From Candidatus Heimdallarchaeota archaeon (GTDB lineage: Archaea > Asgardarchaeota > Heimdallarchaeia > JABLTI01), in NCBI GenBank assembly GCA_030614005.1, contig JAUWKS010000004.1:18840-50839 (forward strand): a stretch of 32,000 nt of DNA. Reading direction: 5' to 3'. How positions within the stretch are numbered: position 1 is the stretch's first letter; every line of letters begins with the position of its first letter. The position numbers and the translations under genes were made by a program. Below are positions 9,840-21,761 of the stretch, one piece after another. The notes below the pieces were generated by a model, which made no database searches, was not told where the DNA came from, and saw nothing but the letters and a program-made list of their open reading frames with translations.

Positions 9840-10016
9840 ATAGTTTATACAAATCCTCCAACCATCTTTTTCCCTTTTTTTATTATTTCTTTTGTTTTAC
9901 CCTATTGACAAAGGATAAAAAGGGATATTCTCATTTATTACTAGAAGCGAACAATTTTCATCATTAATACGAATAGTGATGGTTAATTCATATTTTCGTT
10001 TGAGGAGGCATCAATA

Positions 10017-11306
10017 TTGTCCGGCGAGAATGAAAGAATGCTACGCGAAGAATTACGAGAAGCTGTTAACGAGAAAGATTATACGAGTGCAGTAGCGAAG
10101 GCTGAACAAGTGGCCATGCACTATGAGGGAACAGGCGATCAAGAAAAAGCTAAAGAAGCATGGATGGATGCTGCAAAGCTCTTTCTAGAATGGTCTCAAA
10201 CATTGCGTGATGGTAAAACACATAAAAATTCAGCAAAAGCTTTAGTGCATGCAGCAGATATTTTTACTAAATTAGGCATTGAAAATGAAGCCGCTCAGGC
10301 TATTTCTCTTGCTGCACAAGATTTGGTTATTGCAGGCGATGAATATATTGTTTGGAAGCAACCCGTTGGTGCTGGAGTGTGTTATGCTACTTCATCGATA
10401 TTATTCATACTAGTATCTCAAGATGAACAAGCACAACAGGTTATTGATCAAGTTCGAACACGTATTGATGCTTTGAGGCATGATTCAACAGCAAATGCAA
10501 TAGTGGACTTACCAATTCAATTAATGATAGCAAAAAATCAGCAAGACATTAGACTAATGAACAATGTAAAAACGTTGATTTATACCAGTCTCATTCCTGC
10601 ATTAACTAATAGTGGATTGTCAGAATTTACAGCCTATGTTGAACGAACTGTTCTTGGCGTAGAAAGTTTCATCAATGCATCACAAAAATATCCAGTATTA
10701 AATTATGAATTAAAATTGGAAGGAGAAGTAACCATCGACAATGGTTTTGATATTGAAGTTTTAATCACTAATACTGGTGAAGATACTGCTTATAATGTTG
10801 AATTGGAAATGGTTCCAAAGAAAGAAGTAACAATTGTAAGAGAATTTAGCAAATTGAAAGTCAAAGAAATTCCACCAAATTCGGCGACAGCTTTAACATG
10901 GCGTTGTATTGTTAAATCTCAAGATGTTTTAGAAGAAACTCAAAAATTGAATCTTTCTGCTCGATTAGCCTTTTCAGATTCTAAAGATATGCGCCAAACA
11001 ATTTCTATAAGTCCAATAGCATTTACTACAGTAAGCCCTAAAGAAACAGATCAATTACGTGTTGAACTTAAAGCAATAAAGGAGAACATACAAAAAACCA
11101 AGGAAAAGCTGATTGCTGTACCAGAAGATTCTATCAATTTAGTAATTTTAAAAATCTTTGAAATCATTAATCAAATCTTTGAACAAATTGAAGGATTTGT
11201 GGATGTTGGTGCAATTCAAAACGCAAAATCATGGGCTAAACTTTTACAATTGCAATTGGAATTAATGAAAGATATTCCTAATCAATTGCCAAGCAAAAAT
11301 GAGTAA
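10017..11306 (+). CDS. Hypothetical protein: N-terminal TPR-like helical region, CARDB-like beta-sandwich (aa ~226-338), C-terminal coiled coil
   Basis: A TTG start is preceded by a strong GAGGAGG at 10002-10008. The motif DIEVLITNTGEDTAYNVELEMVP matches the signature of the 4221-7250 surface protein. There is no N-terminal signal peptide. The segment VGAGVCYATSSILFILVS (aa 117-134) is moderately hydrophobic and could be a TM helix. Confidence 0.5.
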   Translation: MSGENERMLREELREAVNEKDYTSAVAKAEQVAMHYEGTGDQEKAKEAWMDAAKLFLEWSQTLRDGKTHKNSAKALVHAADIFTKLGIENEAAQAISLAAQDLVIAGDEYIVWKQPVGAGVCYATSSILFILVSQDEQAQQVIDQVRTRIDALRHDSTANAIVDLPIQLMIAKNQQDIRLMNNVKTLIYTSLIPALTNSGLSEFTAYVERTVLGVESFINASQKYPVLNYELKLEGEVTIDNGFDIEVLITNTGEDTAYNVELEMVPKKEVTIVREFSKLKVKEIPPNSATALTWRCIVKSQDVLEETQKLNLSARLAFSDSKDMRQTISISPIAFTTVSPKETDQLRVELKAIKENIQKTKEKLIAVPEDSINLVILKIFEIINQIFEQIEGFVDVGAIQNAKSWAKLLQLQLELMKDIPNQLPSKNE

Positions 11307-11350
11307 ATCACTCATTTTAATTTTTCTTTTTATTTTCACATTCTGATTAC

Positions 11351-12751
11351 TTAAACATCAATTAATTTTGTGCTCCAAGGATACCTTTCAAGTATTGTGT
11401 TTATCACTGAATTAACTTTCTTAGCTTCATATGTATCTTCGTAATAGAGAAAGATTCCATGCCCACCACGAATTCTTTTCAGTTGTTGGTACACTGTTTT
11501 TGTTGTTCTAACACAATCAAAAATAATCAATTTTTCTGCTTCGGGTAGATCAATATCGCGTTCCCCAACTGGGGACATTATCAGAGCTGCTTGACCATCA
11601 TAATTTCTAAATGCTTGTAAAACAGCATTTTTATCAAAAATTTGACCTGTAAGCAGAAATGATTTTATCTTTGCTTTTGTTAGAAAATTTACAACTGTTT
11701 TTGCCGTAGTAATATAAGAACATATGACAACTGTTTTTTTGGTAGATTGAGCAATTTCAACTACTTTTAGTATTTTCTGAGGAATCACGGATAAATTACT
11801 AACTTCTACATTAGGTAATTTCCAAAGGAATTTTTTCAATTGTTGTGGAACCATTGCAAATAGATATTTTCTAATCAAAGTTAATGATTGAGCTTTCCCT
11901 CTTACTTCTTCTGAAACAGGGGCTTGTAATAAAGCCTGTGGACCTATTTTTTGAACTTGTTTCAAATATGAAGGATTTTCTCTCTCGAGTTCCAATTGAA
12001 TTTCTTTATATGCTTCTCTCAATTGTCCACCTATAATACTAGATATTTCTGCTAATGAAGGATCGAATACCGGAACGGCTTCTACACTGGTTTCTTTAGT
12101 AAAATCACCAACATCAGTTCCAGCTAGATAATCCATGTAAATCAATTCAGTATTTGGTATGTACTCCATGAGAGTATCTAACTCTTGGCGCATTTCAATT
12201 TGATCTTGATCAAGAACATAATGTGAATCACGAAGAGTTCCACTCATTCCAATAACGAGTGATTTTTTTAATTTCTCAAAAATAGTTGTCCAAGGATATA
12301 CTAGAACTCTTTTGGAACCAACTCTTCGGATTAACTTATCTACTTCATTAATGATTACTAAATCAAAACTTTCAGCAATTGATGCAGGTGCTTTCTGTAA
12401 AATATTTGCCAATTTTTGTGGAGTACAGAGTATTACTCGAGAGTCTTTCAGCATCTTTTGAGCATATGAATTACCAATACCAGGACCTATCCAATTGAAT
12501 CCTTCAACTCCTCCATACTCATTAATGAGAAAGTCCTTAGTTTCAACAAGTGACGAAGATGAAAGGACAATTAACAAAATCTTCTTTTCAGGAAACAGCG
12601 AAGTCAATAATTCGTAAGTGATGACTCTTTTTCCCATACCACAATCTAATTCTAATATCACACTTTTGTCCTTATCTAAATGAAATTTTATTAAATCTAA
12701 AATTAGTTTTTGGTAACCTCTGGGCACAATTTTTCGATCTACTTTGCTCAC
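11351..12751 (-). CDS. Superfamily-2 helicase-like protein (Hef/MPH1 COG1111-like core) with non-canonical motifs I and II
   Basis: PRGYQ is a Q-motif-like element. Motif I is LDCGMGKR (12626-12646), motif II is IINEVD (12338-12352), motif III is MSGT and the motif VI-like sequence is YQQLKRIRGGHG. A GTG start has an in-frame TGA just upstream and GAGGA about 9 nt upstream. Confidence 0.7.
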   Translation of the reverse strand: MSKVDRKIVPRGYQKLILDLIKFHLDKDKSVILELDCGMGKRVITYELLTSLFPEKKILLIVLSSSSLVETKDFLINEYGGVEGFNWIGPGIGNSYAQKMLKDSRVILCTPQKLANILQKAPASIAESFDLVIINEVDKLIRRVGSKRVLVYPWTTIFEKLKKSLVIGMSGTLRDSHYVLDQDQIEMRQELDTLMEYIPNTELIYMDYLAGTDVGDFTKETSVEAVPVFDPSLAEISSIIGGQLREAYKEIQLELERENPSYLKQVQKIGPQALLQAPVSEEVRGKAQSLTLIRKYLFAMVPQQLKKFLWKLPNVEVSNLSVIPQKILKVVEIAQSTKKTVVICSYITTAKTVVNFLTKAKIKSFLLTGQIFDKNAVLQAFRNYDGQAALIMSPVGERDIDLPEAEKLIIFDCVRTTKTVYQQLKRIRGGHGIFLYYEDTYEAKKVNSVINTILERYPWSTKLIDV

Positions 12752-13031
12752 TGAATGACATCCTCAACCTACTACGTTAAACCTTCAATATAAAGCTACA
12801 ATTAAAATGAATGAAGGGGCGTGGGAAAAAGCCCCTTTTCATGGTAGCAAAGTATGTGCGAGGTGCACACAAGAAGACCACCTAATTTTTTATCTCTTGC
12901 CGAGGAGATGATATTGCCGAGGTATCAATCCAAAAGTTATGTGTTCTTCTTATGTATAGAACTATACAGATAGTGATATTAAAGAACCAACAATGGAGTT
13001 AACCGAAAGTATTCGGTGTTCTTTACTAAGT

Positions 13032-13066
13032 AAAAAAATTAGATTGAAAAAGGAATTTGAAGAAAA
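13032..13066 (-). terminator. Oligo-T termination region at the end of the rpo-rpl30e-nusA operon
   Basis: The minus strand directly after the nusA stop reads tgTTTTcttcaaattccTTTTTcaatctaaTTTTTTTa, giving T4, T5 and T7 runs. A 6-bp hairpin (accgaa/ttcggt, ~13001-13016) follows. Confidence 0.45.
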
Positions 13067-13068
13067 CA

Positions 13069-13476
13069 TTAATCGCTTAAGATAATGTTTTCTATATCAA
13101 AATGTCGTTTAGCTAATACTTTAGCACGCTCAATATTGCGACCTTCTTTACCAATAGCTAAACCTCTTTGATCACGTTTTACAGTAACAAAAGCTAATGT
13201 TGGTTTATCCTTTCTTCTAACAACAGCAACCTTTTCAATTGAAGCAGGAACCAGAGCATTCTGTATGAACCTCTCGGGTTGATCGTCATCCTCAACAATC
13301 TCTATATCTTTTCCAAAGACATTCTTGAGTTTCTTGATGTGTATTCCATTGCGACCAATTGCATTACCAACATATCCGCGTTTCACCAGAAAAATTATTC
13401 GATCGAGTTTTTTGTCTATTATACAATCTTTTGGACTGATTCGTGTTATACTCGAGAAGATATCCATAGTTTTCAT
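13069..13476 (-). CDS. nusA: Archaeal NusA-like transcription termination/antitermination protein (two KH domains)
   Basis: 135 aa with two GxxG KH motifs: GRNGIHIKKL and GKEGRNIERAK. It sits in the conserved position after rpl30e in the rpo operon. Confidence 0.85.
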   Translation of the reverse strand: MKTMDIFSSITRISPKDCIIDKKLDRIIFLVKRGYVGNAIGRNGIHIKKLKNVFGKDIEIVEDDDQPERFIQNALVPASIEKVAVVRRKDKPTLAFVTVKRDQRGLAIGKEGRNIERAKVLAKRHFDIENIILSD

Positions 13477-13547
13477 TTCATCAATGGTAATCTTTATGCC
13501 AGAAGACAGTTCACTACACGACCTATATTTTTTCTAAATTCCTAGTG

Positions 13548-13853
13548 TTATTTCTTCAACGCTTTCAATATTTTACTGTCACCAGTGTCATATACTGAAA
13601 TTGCTGAAACAACATGTTCCCTGCCACAAAGTGCGCCAAGTTCATATCCGTTTCCGTTGTATTCAACAATTGGAATAGAAGCTAAAGAACAGTAGTATTC
13701 TACATGGGTTCTCTGTGTAGCCATGCAATTTTTTGCAAGGATAACCAATTTTGCTCGACCAAGCTTTGTAGCTTTGATTGTTCGCTTTATACCATAATCT
13801 CTTTTACCAGTTCTAGCGATAATTTGTATTTCTCTATTTAAATCGTATGACAT
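13548..13853 (-). CDS. rpl30e: Ribosomal protein eL30 (L30e)
   Basis: 101 aa with TGKRDYGIKRTIKATKLGRAKLVILAKNC...IPIVEYNGNGYELGALCG, typical of L30e/L7Ae-fold eL30. Conserved operon position. GGAG lies 9 nt upstream. Confidence 0.9.
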   Translation of the reverse strand: MSYDLNREIQIIARTGKRDYGIKRTIKATKLGRAKLVILAKNCMATQRTHVEYYCSLASIPIVEYNGNGYELGALCGREHVVSAISVYDTGDSKILKALKK

Positions 13854-13955
13854 TTTACTTTACTCCAACATTTGTTAGTTATCTCAAAGTAACTTTTTGT
13901 TGTTTTAACATAGGGAATTTAAATCATTCCCTAATGTTGATTTGTTGTTTATTAC

Positions 13956-17889
<3,934 letters not shown>

Positions 17890-17902
17890 TCTTTTTTTCC
17901 TC

Positions 17903-20900
17903 CTAAGCCATATCCTTCAATATTAATTTTGGAGCCATACCAAGAGCTGTTAATTCTTGTAAAAGCAATTTGAATGCATAGCTCATTACTACATTTGATA
18001 CTTCAGACTCACCTTTGCATATTGGACAAAGGTATTTGTCTCGGTTTCTATCGTAAGTTGCGATTACACCACAGTTGCCACAAACATTGATATTTGTTTT
18101 ATCTGATTCTTCGAGTAAACGCTCTTTCAGAAGCAAAGCTGCTCCATGTCCTACTAAACAATCACGTTCCATTTCACCAAATCGCAAACCACCTTCTCTT
18201 GCACGACCTTCTGTTGGTTGCCTTGTAAGAATTTGGACTGGTCCTCTTGCACGAGCATGAGTTTTATCTTTTACTAAATGGTGAAGTTTTTGATAGTAAG
18301 CAATGCCCATAAAAATATCAACATCATATTTTCTACCAGTTATACCATTATACATTGCTTGTTTTCCATAGTAGTTCAAGCCTAATTTTTTCATTTCTTG
18401 AACTAAGTAGTCAGAAGTAATTCCTTCAAATGGTGTTGCATCAATCACTGTGCCAACTTTTGTTCCATACACAGCAGCCATAGTCTCAAGAATTTGACCA
18501 ATGGTCATTCTTGAAGGTATAGCATGGCAATTTACAATGATATCGGGAATAATACCTTCAGAAGTAAATGGTAAGTCTTCAGGTGGTGCGATTAAACCAA
18601 TTACAGCTTTTTGTCCATGTCGTGACGCAAACTTATCACCCACTTCAGGAATTCGCATATCTCTCATCTTAACTTTAACCAAACGATTACCATCGCTTGT
18701 TTCAGTTAAGATAACAGTATCAACAAACCCTTCTTCGCTATGACGCATACTAATACTGGTTTCATGTCTAATTGGAGCACGTACTTCAAATTCACTGTAT
18801 TCTTCAAGAAATCTTGGTGGAGAAGTTCTACCAATAATTACTTGATCTCCAGCAACTTGACTTTCTGGTTCAACAATACCATCAGAGCTTAAATGAACAT
18901 ACGCTTCAGGTGGTCTAAAACCTCTAACCTCTTTACTCATACGTTCAAATTTATCTTCTTGACCAGCTGGATATCGTCGTTCTTCTGCTTCATATCGTCT
19001 GAAGAATGCTGATCTAGCTAATCCACGTTCAATTGATTGTTTATTGAAGATAATAGCATCTTCCATGTTGTAGCCTTCATAGCTGAGTAAAGCTATTACC
19101 ATGTTTTGTCCTGCAGGACGTTTATCAAAATTGATAATGTCCATTCCATGAGTTTTAACAAGTGGTTTCTGCGGATAAAAGAGAATGTGTGAGCGAGTAT
19201 CAACTCTCAATCGATAGTTTGCTGCATACATACCTAATGCTTGTTTAGCCATTGCAGATTCGTAAGTATTTCTTGGAGATTGATTATGCTCTGCAAAAGG
19301 AATAAGTGAAGCACAAATGCCTAAGATTGAACTTGGTGCAATCTCTAAATGTGTATGACCAGTATCTTTTTCTAAATCCTCTATTTGCATTGCAATATAA
19401 GCGCTTTCTTCTTCTTCAGCATCGATATATTCTATGATTCCTCTTTGAATTAAATCATGCCAGCTCCAAGCACCTGAAATAATCTTTTCGACATGTTTTT
19501 TATCGAGTTTGATCTTTCCTTTGTCAACAACAATAATTGGTCTTCTTACTCTACCATGATCACTGTTAACTTGAATTTCTTGAATATCATCATAGAAGTT
19601 GATATTAACTTCAGAACTGATTAGATTTTTTCTACGCGCTTTTCGGACATCATTTACAAATCCTTTAGGATCTGGATGTGAACCTAGTAAACGACCATTG
19701 AGAAATACCTTTGTTGAATCTGTTGATTGTAGGTTTTGTAATCGATTTAGGCCGAGAGTATAAAGGAAATCTTCAATATTTTTTTCAATAGTACCAACAC
19801 TGATGTAAGCATCTAATGCAAGATTCTTTACTAAACCACAATTTGGTCCTTCTGGTGTTTCACTTGGACATATTTTGCCAAAATGAGTTGGATGCAAATC
19901 TCTTGCTTCAAAATGAGGTTGGTTTCGGCTTAATGGGCTTACTACTCTTCTCAGATGGCTCAAAGTTGAGAGATAATTAGTTCTATTAAGCAATTGACTA
20001 ACTCCGGCTTTTCCACCGACCCAATTGCCTGTAGCTAAAGCATGTCTTAATCTTTCGGTAATAACATCAGCTCTCACTGCTGTTCTAATGTTTGGAGTCC
20101 TTCCACGAACAGCTGTTCTTTCGAGTTGATATTTAATATCTCGACATAAGCTCATAAAAGCTACTCTGAATAGAGAGATAAGTGACTCTCCAGAGAGTTT
20201 AAGCCTCTTATTTGAATAATGATCTTTATCGTCTACCTCGCGTTTATCTAATTCAAGTTCAAGTAAACGTTGCGCCATTTGGCCCAGAAAGAATGCTTTA
20301 CCGATTCGATGTTCTTCTTTCGTACCGATATGTCTGAGAAGGTATCGATTTAATATTTCACGAGCTCTTTTAATTCTATAATCCATTGTTTGACCGACTG
20401 CAACTCGTTTGCCAATAAAGTCAAGAGCTCTTTCCTCATCAGTGATCTCAGAAGCTTCATCTAATGAAGGAATTAATTCTTTTCGAACATCGGTTTTATC
20501 TGAAACAGCTTCTACAATTAGTTTATCAGAAGATAAACCTAAAGCTTTCATTAATACTACAAAAGGAATTTTTCGAGGAACTGAGGGAAAACTTACGTTT
20601 AAACTACCATCACGAGAGCGTTCCATAGTAACAGGTGCACGTACTCCTTGAGCTGTGCTGAATACTTTAGCCATACTTGTTACGCTGCCTGTTTTCTTCT
20701 CAATCAAAATACGATTTGGAGCTAAATCTTCTTGAGTTACAAGAACCCTTTCGCTACCATTAATAATAAAATATCCACCAGGATCATTGGGATCTTCACC
20801 GGCTTTTATTAATTCCTCTTTCGTCATTCGACTAAGAGGGCAGACTTTGGATTTGAGCATAATTGGCATACGACCAACAAATACTCTGGAAGTTTCTCTT

Positions 20901-21244
20901 GGAATCTCGTTACCAGCTTCATCAACTCGAATTGGAGTCATATCGAGATATAATGGTGCTGTGTATGTTAGATTTCTTATTCTAGCTTCACTTGGAAAAA
21001 TGTTATTTAATGATCCATCAGCTTCTCTAATATTGGGAGGATCCATATCGATTTTATTGATCTTTACATAATAATTAGGAATTTCAGGCTTAATACTACC
21101 AATTTCTTTTACAACATTTTGCATCCCATTTTGAATAAATTCATTATAACTATCAAGATGCTGTCGTACAAGGCCAAGTTCCTTAACCATTGATTCAATA
21201 AGAATCCATCTGTCCTCAATTGTTATTTTTTCGGTCTCAGACAT
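17903..21244 (-). CDS. rpoB: DNA-directed RNA polymerase subunit B (Rpo2), unsplit
   Basis: 1113 aa with GDKFASRHGQKAVIG, PFTSEGIIPDIIVNCHAIPSRMTIGQ and the C-terminal zinc ribbon CGNCGVIATYDRNRDKYLCPICK. GAGGA lies ~9 nt upstream of the ATG. Confidence 0.97.
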   Translation of the reverse strand: MSETEKITIEDRWILIESMVKELGLVRQHLDSYNEFIQNGMQNVVKEIGSIKPEIPNYYVKINKIDMDPPNIREADGSLNNIFPSEARIRNLTYTAPLYLDMTPIRVDEAGNEIPRETSRVFVGRMPIMLKSKVCPLSRMTKEELIKAGEDPNDPGGYFIINGSERVLVTQEDLAPNRILIEKKTGSVTSMAKVFSTAQGVRAPVTMERSRDGSLNVSFPSVPRKIPFVVLMKALGLSSDKLIVEAVSDKTDVRKELIPSLDEASEITDEERALDFIGKRVAVGQTMDYRIKRAREILNRYLLRHIGTKEEHRIGKAFFLGQMAQRLLELELDKREVDDKDHYSNKRLKLSGESLISLFRVAFMSLCRDIKYQLERTAVRGRTPNIRTAVRADVITERLRHALATGNWVGGKAGVSQLLNRTNYLSTLSHLRRVVSPLSRNQPHFEARDLHPTHFGKICPSETPEGPNCGLVKNLALDAYISVGTIEKNIEDFLYTLGLNRLQNLQSTDSTKVFLNGRLLGSHPDPKGFVNDVRKARRKNLISSEVNINFYDDIQEIQVNSDHGRVRRPIIVVDKGKIKLDKKHVEKIISGAWSWHDLIQRGIIEYIDAEEEESAYIAMQIEDLEKDTGHTHLEIAPSSILGICASLIPFAEHNQSPRNTYESAMAKQALGMYAANYRLRVDTRSHILFYPQKPLVKTHGMDIINFDKRPAGQNMVIALLSYEGYNMEDAIIFNKQSIERGLARSAFFRRYEAEERRYPAGQEDKFERMSKEVRGFRPPEAYVHLSSDGIVEPESQVAGDQVIIGRTSPPRFLEEYSEFEVRAPIRHETSISMRHSEEGFVDTVILTETSDGNRLVKVKMRDMRIPEVGDKFASRHGQKAVIGLIAPPEDLPFTSEGIIPDIIVNCHAIPSRMTIGQILETMAAVYGTKVGTVIDATPFEGITSDYLVQEMKKLGLNYYGKQAMYNGITGRKYDVDIFMGIAYYQKLHHLVKDKTHARARGPVQILTRQPTEGRAREGGLRFGEMERDCLVGHGAALLLKERLLEESDKTNINVCGNCGVIATYDRNRDKYLCPICKGESEVSNVVMSYAFKLLLQELTALGMAPKLILKDMA

Positions 21245-21290
21245 TCAGTTTATCCTCGCTGATACGGTCTTCTAGGACTATCTTTTCATG

Positions 21291-21303
21291 CCAAAAATAT
21301 AAT
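21291..21303 (-). promoter_or_regulatory. Candidate TATA box for the rpoB operon
   Basis: The minus strand reads gattatatttttgg about 50 nt upstream of the rpoB ATG. This would give a short leader containing the GAGGA site. AT-rich context makes the call weak. Confidence 0.25.
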
Positions 21304-21761
21304 CATGAAGTGTGCTACTTTTTAGCTGGAAGAGCAATGAAATCAATGCGGAAACTTTTATCTTTTAAATCTTATGCAAGAAACGCCATTTTGTAAATTT
21401 TTTTTCTCTTATTTGTTAATTTGCTATTAATAATAATAATGCACCACGGTCTTTAACATAAAATAATCTGACTGTAATTCATTTTTTGCAAAAAGTGTTT
21501 TTTTAGTTAGCAGATTCTAAGATGATGTTCCTATTTTTCGATTCCCCTCAATATGATGACTTCTGGACATGATTTTTAATTATACAATATTTATTTATAC
21601 AAACTCCTTCAAAAATTTTTCTATTATGTGAAAAAATAAATTCGTGGTTTTTTAATGCTCTAATTTGAATTAAGTTATAGAATTCTTTAGCATTAGCAGA
21701 AATCAATTATTTGTGATCTAATGGTTAAAGAAAAAGCTAAAACAAATGAGATGAATCCCTT

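Noticed and set aside
12807-12911. Calling the 34-codon or 24-codon plus-strand micro-ORFs as genes
   Set aside because: They have no SD, and the only nearby TATA-like element would place the transcription start downstream of both ATGs. They are kept only as alternatives inside the structured-spacer finding.
21483-21494. Perfect 12-bp palindrome TTTTTGCAAAAA; similarly TTTGAAT-AGA-ATTCAAA at 31485-31501
   Set aside because: These are pure A/T-rich palindromes in ~70% AT intergenic DNA and are too likely by chance to report without conservation data.
21519-21575. C/D-box-like AUGAUGU (about 21522-21528) and AUGAUGA (21553-21559) motifs
   Set aside because: No CUGA D or D' box occurs at the required ~12-nt spacing downstream of either motif on either strand. 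ATGATGA-like strings are expected by chance in AT-rich DNA.
21245-21761. Possible hidden rpoH or other small gene in the 517-bp region upstream of rpoB
   Set aside because: The minus-strand ATGs I translated (21305 and 21388) hit stops after 5-6 codons, and the ORF track shows nothing of 60 aa or more. The region looks like a plain AT-rich divergent promoter.
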